This document shows positions 28,894 through 47,800 of a stretch of DNA of 64,000 nt, piece after piece. Location: sequence record PQ227241.1. One strand, written 5' to 3'. The notes beneath the pieces were generated by a model. It saw only the letters and a program-made list of their open reading frames with translations. It did no database searches and was not told where the DNA came from. Position numbers and translations under genes: made by a program. How positions within the stretch are numbered: the first letter of the stretch is position 1; each line of letters starts with the position of its first letter.

Positions 28894-29665
28894 CCTCGGT
28901 TTCCTTAATTGCTAATTTTACTAATACACTTACCCATGCGCCTTCATCGAGTAGCCAACCAGCTGCACCCGTGCCATGCTCGGCAAATCCAAGACTATCT
29001 AAATAATGTAGCATGAATGTAGTCGGACCAAATCCATATTTCTTATCACATTCATTACGTTTAGAAATATTCCACCCTTGGCGATATATATCCAATACAT
29101 CATCAATATACTGCAATTCTGCTTCTGGATGACCACAACCACACAGGTTTAATAATTTGCGTGTAATGGTATTGCATGTATCACTATATTCTTTTTCATT
29201 ATAATCAATGAAAGTGCCTTCCCGTTTGAATAGTTGCTTATCGGATGTTAAATCATTAAAATGACCAGGGTAATCTTGAGATGGAAGTGCACCTAGTGCC
29301 ATTAGTATAATAACACGCGGATCTTTACGCTCAACTGATTCAATGAGTACTTTAAAGTTGAGTTCTCGTTGTACCACATTGTTATCAATGTTGATATTAT
29401 TCAGAAGAATGTCCATAGCTTCTTGACCATGCCAACTACGGAGGTTAGGTTGATTATTAGTATAACCAGTGATGGTCAATTGGTTAGCTGTGTTTGATTT
29501 ACCAACAGTAACATGTAAGTAATAAGGGCATTGTTCTAATTTATCAGCAATACCAGTTGAAGATTTGTTACCCTCAAGTAGTCCAACATCACCATGGCCG
29601 ATGTACAAACAGATACCTTCTGTAGAAGGTTGAGTAGTATAGTTAAAGTTCAAGGATTTAAACAT
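28874..29665 (-). CDS. Two-domain hypothetical protein; C-terminal CGCG...EHG...W domain
   Basis: LCGCGHP...YLDSLGFAEHGTGAAGWL motif recalled from phage proteins. Confidence 0.7.
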   Translation of the reverse strand: MFKSLNFNYTTQPSTEGICLYIGHGDVGLLEGNKSSTGIADKLEQCPYYLHVTVGKSNTANQLTITGYTNNQPNLRSWHGQEAMDILLNNINIDNNVVQRELNFKVLIESVERKDPRVIILMALGALPSQDYPGHFNDLTSDKQLFKREGTFIDYNEKEYSDTCNTITRKLLNLCGCGHPEAELQYIDDVLDIYRQGWNISKRNECDKKYGFGPTTFMLHYLDSLGFAEHGTGAAGWLLDEGAWVSVLVKLAIKETEGGCTDV

Positions 29666-29692
29666 ACTCTTTCCTCTATTATAAATGATTAG

Positions 29693-30133
29693 TTATTTAC
29701 CGTTTATATAAAGATTAAATGGACATTGACACATGAATTCCGCATTTAGAATACTTTCAATATTGTAACTAATTGATTTATCAGTGATGATGTTGATATC
29801 TAAATACCACGTTTTAGTATTTTGAGTAACTAGTCTGTATTCAATGTCAATACTAAAGCCAGGTGCATCGACTGGGTCATTATCACCTTCATGCTGATAA
29901 ATAAAGTGTGAAGATAATGTATATCTGGCTTTAATATATTCATCTGGTTTTATAACTTTTAAAGGGGCACTAATATGTGAAATAAAACCATGATAATTAA
30001 ATTCTTTATCCCTAATGTCGATAACTTTAGGAGTAACCGATATATAGGCTGGCCATTGTGGTAAATCTAGTTCACCATGTTTAGATTGGTCTTTATCAAC
30101 AATATGGAAAGCTCTAACAATCCTATTAAACAT
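29693..30133 (-). CDS. Hypothetical protein
   Basis: ORF track. Confidence 0.75.
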   Translation of the reverse strand: MFNRIVRAFHIVDKDQSKHGELDLPQWPAYISVTPKVIDIRDKEFNYHGFISHISAPLKVIKPDEYIKARYTLSSHFIYQHEGDNDPVDAPGFSIDIEYRLVTQNTKTWYLDINIITDKSISYNIESILNAEFMCQCPFNLYINGK

Positions 30134-30166
30134 TTGATATACCTTTTAACAAAAAAATTATAAAGA

Positions 30167-30189
30167 AGAGTCCCCATAATGGGGACTCT
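30167..30189 (-). terminator. Hairpin terminator
   Basis: agagtcccc-ataat-ggggactct. Confidence 0.7.
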
Positions 30190-30202
30190 ATTATATCGTG
30201 CT

Positions 30203-30454
30203 TTATTTTTTATCGCGACTAGATGGAGCTAGCTTATAGAACTTCCGGAACTTATTAATAGACAATGTAAATGAATCTTCCCTACCATCTGGATAACCGA
30301 GATAAACATCACGTCGAGATAGTTTAATTAGCTTATGTGCAGTTGATACACCATTGCGCTCAACTAGAAAAGTTCGACCAATATAAGCTTCTAGATTATC
30401 AAGCTCAGTTGCAGGAATATATTTAGATTCTTTCAGAGTCAGGGTAGTGCTCAT
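30203..30454 (-). CDS. Small beta-rich hypothetical protein
   Basis: ORF track. Confidence 0.75.
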   Translation of the reverse strand: MSTTLTLKESKYIPATELDNLEAYIGRTFLVERNGVSTAHKLIKLSRRDVYLGYPDGREDSFTLSINKFRKFYKLAPSSRDKK

Positions 30455-30490
30455 TTAATTTCGTCACCAGTTACGAAGTAATAAATTGAT

Positions 30491-31552
30491 TTATTTCCAG
30501 AGTGTTTTACCAATTAGATCATTTTCTGTGATGAAACTATCTAATTGATGTCCATAGTAAAGTAGACTATGAATTTGTTGATTTAGACGTTCTTTATTTG
30601 ACCCTAGGAACATCTTATGCTTTTCTTCATCCGGTAATTTATCATAGACAAGTTGGCAATACTTTTTAGCTACTACCTTACCTGATGCAAGAAAACGTTC
30701 ATCCCCTGTAAATAGTTGAGGAACGATATTTTCATCTAGATATTTATTAATCTCAGCATCCAGATCAAAATGTAAATCGCTGTCAGATACTTCTACAGGA
30801 TTTTCCTGCTGCGTATCATTCCATGGAATGTCCGAACTTTCACTTTCACTATCAAATTCGCTATTACTTGAGGATGTGTTAGATAGCTGCTCATCAAAAG
30901 ATGACTGTTTATTCTTTTGTTTTTCACGCAAGAAGATAATCGATTCAACAATTTCATTAACAATGACATCTAGACCACGATTAGCATCGACCGTAATAGA
31001 ACTAGGTTGATTGATAAGTCGTTCAAAACCTTTATCAACCTTATCGAAGTAATCGGATCCTTTAGATTCATAATAATCAAGGCGCCTATTACTTTTCTTA
31101 ATTCGTTCTTCACGTACTTCTTTAGGTGCAGTCAGGAAGAAGGTAGCTGGCTCTGGGATAGAGTGTAAGGTTCCTTGAAGGATATCCATAAACAATTTTG
31201 ATAGATATGGATTAGTTTCTTCGAAAGGATACACATTTAGAGCATATGTCGATGCAATGAATCGCTCGGTAATAACAATCTTATCTTCTTTAAGAGCAGG
31301 TAAGATGATATTCTCTACATTCATCACTCTATATGCACTATGCATCAGTACATCAAATTCCGGTGGTCGAACATCATTGTGTTTAGGCCAAATCAGCATT
31401 TGTCGGATTTCTTCTGATGTATTTGTACCGCCAGGTTCACGTAGTGTTACGACATCATATCCACGTTTAAGAAGCTCCGCAACAACCATTTTTGTAACGG
31501 TCGTTTTACCGACACCTTCATTCCCTTCAATACTTACAAATAAACCATTCAT
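30491..31552 (-). CDS. tmk: Thymidylate kinase with C-terminal extension
   Basis: SIEGNEGVGKTT P-loop, LREPGGT, ITERFIASTYA. Confidence 0.92.
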   Translation of the reverse strand: MNGLFVSIEGNEGVGKTTVTKMVVAELLKRGYDVVTLREPGGTNTSEEIRQMLIWPKHNDVRPPEFDVLMHSAYRVMNVENIILPALKEDKIVITERFIASTYALNVYPFEETNPYLSKLFMDILQGTLHSIPEPATFFLTAPKEVREERIKKSNRRLDYYESKGSDYFDKVDKGFERLINQPSSITVDANRGLDVIVNEIVESIIFLREKQKNKQSSFDEQLSNTSSSNSEFDSESESSDIPWNDTQQENPVEVSDSDLHFDLDAEINKYLDENIVPQLFTGDERFLASGKVVAKKYCQLVYDKLPDEEKHKMFLGSNKERLNQQIHSLLYYGHQLDSFITENDLIGKTLWK

Positions 31553-31884
31553 TACTGATCCTTCATCTTAAATTCAATTATTGCTTCAACGTTATCTTTT
31601 AAATCTTGTTGCGATAATTTTAATGAAGCCCTATAACCTAAGCTATATAGAACGTCAACTAATGCATCAATGCTTAGAGCTGGTAAATTACACATTTTAA
31701 TATTTTCACTAAGTTCATCAGAGATACCTAGTTTAGTGAAAACATCGTCAATCAATACTTTTTGAGAAATGGCTTTTTGTCGAACAGTTTGTACAATTAC
31801 AATAACTAGATTAGATTTGATATCGTTAGAATGTGATTTTTTATTATCACCATAAACTTCTTTAAATAAATTCTGATCCGCCAT
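31552..31884 (-). CDS. XRE/HigA-like HTH protein
   Basis: Helical pattern ending SIDALVDVLYSLGYRASLKL, typical of HTH_37-like proteins. Confidence 0.55.
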   Translation of the reverse strand: MADQNLFKEVYGDNKKSHSNDIKSNLVIVIVQTVRQKAISQKVLIDDVFTKLGISDELSENIKMCNLPALSIDALVDVLYSLGYRASLKLSQQDLKDNVEAIIEFKMKDQ

Positions 31885-32001
31885 GATACCTAATTCCTTA
31901 AATTATTAAAATGTATTATTTAACCATTAAACTTTTTAATATAAAATGACCAGTGGGTACATTACCCACTGATCTTATTATATTGACATAGCTAGTATAT
32001 A

Positions 32002-32406
32002 TTAGCTATTGACATCTTCAAAGAAGCTGGCTACACTTTCAACAACATCATTCATAGCGCTGCTCTTATATTTGGTATCTACCACCGTAACAAGCTCGCC
32101 TTTACGATCGATAATACCAGAAACAGTTGCACCACCTGCATTATAGGAATAACCCAGTTCAGCAATGTTTTCATTTTCTTTCATGTACGGTGCAGCTTTT
32201 TCAGCAAATACATAACTTACAGCTGCTGCCAGTTGCCCTGCACCTTCATGTACCTGAGCATACTGCTCGGCGGTCACGCCTGCCGGTTGTAGAACAACTT
32301 CTTCAAATAGACCATCCGGGATTTCGAATACCCCGGCATCGGACATGCTTACTTTTTCATTTAGGTTGTGAGTTTCGATAAACTTCTTGGTGGTTTCGAT
32401 GGACAT
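32002..32406 (-). CDS. Conserved jumbo-phage hypothetical protein
   Basis: Monocistronic with hairpin at 31951..31971. Confidence 0.75.
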   Translation of the reverse strand: MSIETTKKFIETHNLNEKVSMSDAGVFEIPDGLFEEVVLQPAGVTAEQYAQVHEGAGQLAAAVSYVFAEKAAPYMKENENIAELGYSYNAGGATVSGIIDRKGELVTVVDTKYKSSAMNDVVESVASFFEDVNS

Positions 32407-32436
32407 TTTAGTACTCTCTCTATTTAGGGTGGTGGT

Positions 32437-32733
32437 TTAATTTACATCTTTCATTACAAAGCAACTACCATCATTAAAGACAATCTTAATTAGATTGTCA
32501 GTTAATGGTCGTTTATATACAACACATTTTACATCGGGGAGTTTAACTACTTCTTTTAAAGCATCTGGCATACCAATTAGATTAATGGTAGCTGCTACTT
32601 TATTTAGTGTGTCAAGATGTGAAATCAGCTCATGTGCTGACTTAACCAAATCTACCATTGTTTTGTCTTTATCTACCATGCTAGTTACTCGATTTGATAT
32701 ATGAGGTACATACATCGCCAAAGTCTTCACCAC
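32437..32733 (-). CDS. Hypothetical protein (start uncertain)
   Basis: ORF track. Confidence 0.65.
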   Translation of the reverse strand: MVKTLAMYVPHISNRVTSMVDKDKTMVDLVKSAHELISHLDTLNKVAATINLIGMPDALKEVVKLPDVKCVVYKRPLTDNLIKIVFNDGSCFVMKDVN

Positions 32734-33175
32734 TAGTATCAGCTACAATTGCAACTGGCGACCATCGAGCGGCAACAGCCTCACATACACCGATCGAATT
32801 CACTCGACGAATCGCATGAGCACCAGTATCAATTACACTGAAACTGAGTTCACTAATGATTTCCACTCCTTTTAGTTCAGCGCTACTATCAATAACCTGG
32901 GTACTAATTAGATAGTTAGCTGTATCATTATTATACGCAAGTACTAGTCTAAAAACCATGAGGGAGTTATCATTATCGGTGATGCCAGCGACTAGCTCAT
33001 GATTCGAAGTGAGTGTATAGATACAACTACTTTCTTGAGTGGTAATTGGTAATCCTGGTGAAGAACTATATACACTAGGTGCATTAGCTGTATGTAGTTC
33101 AAACTTATTTACAGCGGAGTTAGGACCAGGAACTTTATAACCAATAGGTCGGGCAGTGAAGATTACAACGTTCAT
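32681..33175 (-). CDS. Hypothetical early protein
   Basis: GAGG RBS; follows a TATATTAC promoter. Confidence 0.75.
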   Translation of the reverse strand: MNVVIFTARPIGYKVPGPNSAVNKFELHTANAPSVYSSSPGLPITTQESSCIYTLTSNHELVAGITDNDNSLMVFRLVLAYNNDTANYLISTQVIDSSAELKGVEIISELSFSVIDTGAHAIRRVNSIGVCEAVAARWSPVAIVADTSGEDFGDVCTSYIKSSN

Positions 33176-33220
33176 TATGATTCCTCTTTACTAGATAGTT
33201 ATTTTCCTAATTGCGTATTA

Positions 33221-33244
33221 GTAATATAAATCTCAAATTTTTTT
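33221..33244 (-). promoter_or_regulatory. Early-type promoter (TATATTAC)
   Basis: aaaaaatttgagattTATATTAC on the minus strand. Confidence 0.7.
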
Positions 33245-33258
33245 CATTACGATATAAA

Positions 33259-33276
33259 GCCTCCCCGAAGGGAGGC
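33259..33276 (-). terminator. UUCG-loop terminator ending the structural operon
   Basis: gcctccc-cgaa-gggaggc, 7 nt after the 33283 stop. Confidence 0.75.
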
Positions 33277-33282
33277 AATATG

Positions 33283-33975
33283 TTAATTACCACTATAAGT
33301 ACCTTCAGTACCCTGTTCTTTACGTCGTACGAAGCGTTGATGAATTGCACTAAGAGCACGGTCCATTGAATTAATCACTACCTGATTCTCTTCACATGCA
33401 AATGGGCCTGCTTGGTAACCTTCAAATAAATCTTTAACGATTTTAATTAGACAGTCAGCAGTTAGGCCATTTACACCAACTTCTGGAACAAGTCCATTCT
33501 GCATTAGGATAACGCATTCAGTCAGGTTATCACCAGGCATAGCAGCTGGGTTAGTCTGAGCATTATAACCAGTTACCACATAACGTTTAGTTGCACCTGA
33601 TTTCTGGTCAATGCCACTTGCTTCAATATTTAGACCATTTTCATCAAAATGTTCATGGCCATAAATACCTTGCATAGTTACCCATCCACCATCTTCTTGA
33701 TAAATCCAATCTACCCCATTTACATGATAAGTATCGCCTGGTTCAGGGTCAGCTGGAAGATCTTTAGTAGTGGTTAATGCACGGATACGCGCATATTCTT
33801 CAATTGCAATTTGTATATCAGTTGCAGTTATATTCTTCTCAGTTTCAGAAGCTTCGTCATGTTGTGATTTATCACTACCTTCCTTTTGGTCATTATCCAT
33901 ATCAGAAGCATCTACTGTACTTTTAGCTTCTTTACTTTCTAAGGAAGCTAACCACTCAAGATTAGGTTTAGACAT
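33283..33975 (-). CDS. Tad1-like anti-Thoeris/CBASS signal sponge fused to an acidic leader and small beta domain
   Basis: C-terminal GATKRYVV...ILMQNG...GVNGLTADCLIKIVKDLFEGYQAGPFACEEN...HQRFVRRKEQGTEGT follows the Tad1 pattern; start moved to MSKPN (GAGG RBS). Confidence 0.78.
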   Translation of the reverse strand: MSKPNLEWLASLESKEAKSTVDASDMDNDQKEGSDKSQHDEASETEKNITATDIQIAIEEYARIRALTTTKDLPADPEPGDTYHVNGVDWIYQEDGGWVTMQGIYGHEHFDENGLNIEASGIDQKSGATKRYVVTGYNAQTNPAAMPGDNLTECVILMQNGLVPEVGVNGLTADCLIKIVKDLFEGYQAGPFACEENQVVINSMDRALSAIHQRFVRRKEQGTEGTYSGN

Positions 33976-33982
33976 ACTTACC

Positions 33983-34288
33983 TCAATAAATGAAACCACC
34001 AATGTAAAGTGACACTACAACATCGGCAACCCGAGGGTCTTGTGAATATTTAGATTTGACTAGTTTAATAAGTTCGGCTCGATTTTTAATGAAGCCTAGT
34101 TTCTTATTATCAATTTCTTCAGCTTCAATTAGGAAGTCATTTAACTTCTTCTTACTACCCAGTACATTAATCACCATTTGATCAATAACTGCATTAGTAT
34201 TTGATAGTTTAGTTAACTCTTGTTCAAAAACTTCCTTACGTCCTTCTGATCCAATTAGAGCTAGACCGATCTTTTTAAGTAGAGACAT
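33983..34288 (-). CDS. Hypothetical protein in the structural operon
   Basis: ORF track; its stop overlaps the RBS of the Tad1-fusion gene. Confidence 0.75.
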   Translation of the reverse strand: MSLLKKIGLALIGSEGRKEVFEQELTKLSNTNAVIDQMVINVLGSKKKLNDFLIEAEEIDNKKLGFIKNRAELIKLVKSKYSQDPRVADVVVSLYIGGFIY

Positions 34289-34346
34289 GTTAATTACCTA
34301 TTACATTGGTTTAAGAATGGTTACAATAAATAACTATTCCAAGTAT

Positions 34347-43122
<8,776 letters not shown>

Positions 43123-43185
43123 TGACGATTAGTAAAGTATCATATCGTTGTTTAACTTAGTATTACCAAAATAGGAAAATAGAAA

Positions 43186-44838
43186 ATGAAGAAGGCATTA
43201 GTTCCTTTTAATATTTCTTTACTTATTCCTACTAAAGAACAATTAAAGTTCTTAGGTCAAGTAAAGAGTCATGAGATATTTGAAGGTTTAGGTGGTAACT
43301 TTCATGAAGATGGTTTGTTCTCTGTTTCCATTTTTGGAAGAGTTGGATCAACTGATCGTGAGAGTTTATTTGGATATATTCATTTAGGTTTAGAACTTAT
43401 CCATCCAGCTGTATATCGAAACTTAATTAAATTAAAAGCTTTCTATGAAGAAATTATTCTTGGTAAGGCATTTGCAGTATTTGACGAATCTATTAAAGAT
43501 TTTATCCGCGCCGATGAACTAACTGGTAAAACTGGTTATACATTCTTTTTTGATAACTGGAAACGAATTGACTTTGGGTCCACTAAGTCAGGGGTTCGGC
43601 TATCAAGGTTACAATTAATCGAAAAATATAAAGATAACTGTATTTTTAAAGACATGCTTGTAACACCAGCCGCTTATCGTGATGCAGAGATTGATGAGAA
43701 TAATCGTGTTGAGATGGATGAGATCAATGAACACTATAGGTATCTATTAAATCAGTCGTTTGGTGTACCTGATAGCTTTGGACCAAATGATGACTTGAGT
43801 ATCTATGATCGCAAACGAGTAGCAATGCAAAACACCGTATTAGCTATTTATGAACATTATGAACGACTGCTATCCGGTAAACGTGGATACATTCAATCTA
43901 AATGGGCATCCCGTCGTATTGCCAATGGTACACGTAACGTCATTAGTTCGCTAGATACTAATGCTGCTGATCTTGATTCACCTAATCGACCAACATTCAA
44001 AGATGCCGTAGTTGGCTTACATCAAGCAGCTCGTTCAGTTGCACCGCGTACAATCTTTGCACTAAGGCAAGGTGTAGTTGGTGAAGTGTTTGATACAGTT
44101 ACTAACACTGTACAGCTCATCAATAAGAAAACACTACGTTTAGAATGGGTTGATATCTCTAACGAAGATATGGATCTATGGGGAACTCCTGAAGGGCAAG
44201 AACAAATCATCAATGAGTTAGATGTCATTGAAAAACGTTCACGTGCAATTGAAATTGCTGATCATTATCTAGCCCTTATTTACGTTGATGATAAACAGAA
44301 TTTTAAAATATTCCGCAACATCGATGAGTTACCTACTAATCTAAATAAGAAATTTGTTAGACCTATTACTTATGCCGAATTAGTTTACCTTAGTGGATTA
44401 AGTATGTGGCGAACAAACTCAGCGTTTGTTACACGATATCCTGTAGAAAACTACAATAGCTCTATCCCCTGTAAGATGTATGTTAAAACAACCGTAGTGG
44501 GTGAATTACGTTATCCGTTAAATGATCAATGGGAACGTGATGATACGTTGGAACCAGCCTTAGAATTCCCTGTGTTTGAATTAAATAAACCAGCCCAGTG
44601 GCATGACTCAGTATCCATCTCTCCTTCTATTCTCGCGCCATTGGGGGCGGATTTCGACGGGGACACTGTATCATTTAACGCAGTTTATTCAGAGGAAGCT
44701 ATCGCTGAAACAGATGCTTTCTTTAAGAAACGTATTGCATATATACATGCCGATGGTCGACTGGCATTTAGTGTTGGTATCCATACACTCAATTTAACTC
44801 TTCGGTACATGACTGGGGAACCCAAACAAAGGGATTAA
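43186..44838 (+). CDS. Virion RNA polymerase beta' subunit, N-terminal part (phiKZ gp180-like)
   Basis: Catalytic ADFDGD motif (PLGADFDGDT); GLFSVSIFG; FGYIHL. Confidence 0.92.
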   Translation: MKKALVPFNISLLIPTKEQLKFLGQVKSHEIFEGLGGNFHEDGLFSVSIFGRVGSTDRESLFGYIHLGLELIHPAVYRNLIKLKAFYEEIILGKAFAVFDESIKDFIRADELTGKTGYTFFFDNWKRIDFGSTKSGVRLSRLQLIEKYKDNCIFKDMLVTPAAYRDAEIDENNRVEMDEINEHYRYLLNQSFGVPDSFGPNDDLSIYDRKRVAMQNTVLAIYEHYERLLSGKRGYIQSKWASRRIANGTRNVISSLDTNAADLDSPNRPTFKDAVVGLHQAARSVAPRTIFALRQGVVGEVFDTVTNTVQLINKKTLRLEWVDISNEDMDLWGTPEGQEQIINELDVIEKRSRAIEIADHYLALIYVDDKQNFKIFRNIDELPTNLNKKFVRPITYAELVYLSGLSMWRTNSAFVTRYPVENYNSSIPCKMYVKTTVVGELRYPLNDQWERDDTLEPALEFPVFELNKPAQWHDSVSISPSILAPLGADFDGDTVSFNAVYSEEAIAETDAFFKKRIAYIHADGRLAFSVGIHTLNLTLRYMTGEPKQRD

Positions 44839-44840
44839 TC

Positions 44841-47800
44841 ATGCGCTTAAATATTACACAGTTTCTGAAAAATTATAGTGTACGCGAATATGCTAAACTT
44901 CAGTCACCTAAGTTGCATGCTCTAAATAAACTTGATCTACCTTTCGAATCCATTTATCAGTTCTTCGATGGTAATAATGCAGTAATGGGTCCTAGTCAAA
45001 CAGACCCATTATTCTCCAAACATCAAGGTAAAATATATATTGAGCATGTTACTGATATGCTTACATTTGAAGGTAATCCACGTAGGACTTCAAATATCCC
45101 AGCAACAATGATTCAAGAGTTTCGCCGCCAGAACCGTTTCTTTAAACCTTTACGCAGTGATACCGGTTTTAAATTATCAAACCAGAACATTCTGGTAATG
45201 AATTATAATTTAATTAACCCTCAATGGAATTATATGGCTTCTTATAAAGCTACATGGTTCCGTTGGTCAAATGACATGCGTACATTCTGGAGTGGCGTAG
45301 CGGCTGCATGTGAACGTTTTCCTGGTTGGAACCAGTTCATTGATGTACACTTACCTGAGTTAGTTCCACCTCCTTCTTCTTTTAATAAACTACGAGGGGG
45401 TTTAACTCAAGATCTAGCTAATCAATTCAATACACCTGATATTCTAAATATATTTGATTTAGTTCGCTGGGTTTCTGATGATCGTGAAAGTTCTTTCATG
45501 AATGTCATCGATGCTAAGTATTACGGTAACATTAATCTTTTATTCCGTGTACAAAGTTCATTCTTTGTTATTAACTTAGGGATGCTTGATCAATGGCGTC
45601 GTGATCCAGAAATTAAAGATGATAAAGGTTATGATACCCAGCAAATAGCTAGGCGCCTTATTTCACTAGTATCAGCGATGGTTGAATATAACCAAGGTAA
45701 TACTTCATTAATTAAAGAAGATACGCCTATCTTTAATGAAGATATTATTGTTGATGAAGAAACTCCGGTTAGTTATGAAGAAGGTGAAGCAGAAGAGGTT
45801 GAGGATGTTGAGTCTAATAACGTTGAAGAAGAAGTAACTGAAGTTGATGTTATTGATGATGTTCAATTTGACCCAACCAACTTAACTAACTTAATTGATA
45901 TTGGCGCAATTGAGGTAACATATACCCCACCACCAGAAAGTGATCTTGAGGTAACAAAGCTTATCATTGAAAAAGATCCACTGGAATCTTCACCTTCTCG
46001 CCAAATTAAAGAAGAGAAGGAACTCATTGTAACAGATGTACCAGAAGATGAGTTATTCATCAATACTGAAGTTGATGAAGAAGATAAACTAATCGATGCC
46101 ATTAGAGCTAAAGCATACGACATGTATCGCGTGAATATGATTTCTGCGAATACATTCGAGCAAGCTCAAGAAGATTCGATTATGTATCGTCGTCTACCTG
46201 ATCCATTTACCGATCCTAATGATGAATCAGTAGAACCTATGACGATCGCTGAGGCGATGGAATATCATCCAGATGATCTTAAGATTCCAGAAGACACCAC
46301 TTTTGAAGATAAGCCAACCATTGTTGATAAATCAATGTTGGGTAGTAAGTTAAAAGCCATCCAACGCAAATACAACAAGGTCTTATTAAAGAAAGATATT
46401 TTAAACAGTGTGTTATCTGTTCAGAAACAAGGCGTATCAGTAACTAATTACAAAATTGAAACTGTACGCGATTCTGGTAACCATTACCAAATCCACAAAG
46501 TTACATTAAAGCCTATTCGTGGTAGAAGTTCACAAGTAATGTTCCGTATCCCTGTCATTGATAATGACGGTAGGTTCATGTCTAATGGGGTAACATATCG
46601 CCAACGTTTACAACGTGCTGATATTCCAATTCGTAAAGTTAATCCACGTAAAGTTGCATTGACCTCTTATTATAATAAGACCTTTGTGACCAGATCTGAA
46701 CGTGCTGAAAACAACTTTGATAATTGGTTAATCAGAGCGATTACCAACCGTGCATTAGATGGAAGTGATATGTCTGTACATTCAGTTACCTATGCTGAAT
46801 TAGATCAATCCAACTATGTTCTACCAAGGGTGTACACTACTTTAGGAACAGCTTTTAAAGGCTTCCATAATCACCGTAATGTGTTCTATTTTAATTTCAA
46901 AGATCGTAATGAATTCTTTGCAAAACAAGGATTACATATCGAAGATTATGAAACTGATGATTTGATAATGGTGGGGTTCAATGGCACTGATGCTATCTTG
47001 TTAGATAAGAATTCCATCTTTTACATGAAAACAGGTAATGAGCTAGAACCTATTGGTACCATTACAGATATACTTGGCTTAGATCTAACCAAAGCGCCGT
47101 TAGAAGCTATTCTAATGTCAATTGGTGGTAAAGAGCTACCATTAGGTTTCATTTTAGCATATCACCATGGCTTAAACAATCTACTTAAGAAGTTGAATGT
47201 TAATTATCAGCGTCATCAGCGTGGTACCAGGATTGTTGTCAATAGTACGGATTATACATTAGCGTTCGCTGATGAGATCCTAGTATTTGATCGAGCTGAT
47301 TATAAAGCAATGCTTGTATTAAGTGGACTCAAACGTTATCATAAATCACTGCGGCGTTATTCTGTTTATGATTTCAATAAACGAGATGTTTACTTCAGGG
47401 TTCTTGAAGAAGCTGGATTAAGTAATAGATTTACACGTGATATTGATACACTCTTCTCAGCATGGGTCGATCCAATCACTGAGGGTCTACTCAAGGAGAT
47501 GGGTGAACCAACTACTTTTGAAGGATTGCTTTATCGGTCTGTCGAGTTATTAACGAACGACTGGAGTCCAGCAGAAGTAGATGGTGCATATATGCGCTAT
47601 CGTGGTTATGAGCGCATGGCAGGGGCTATTTTTAATGAACTCAATAGAGCGGTACGTGTATTTAATATGCGTAATGGTGGGTCAGTGCAAACTGTCGAGT
47701 TAGATCCACACGTGATCTGGCGCAAGATTGTACAAGATCCGACAGTAGCCACTATTGAAGATTCTAACCCCATTGCAAATATCCGTGAACAAGAAGCGAT

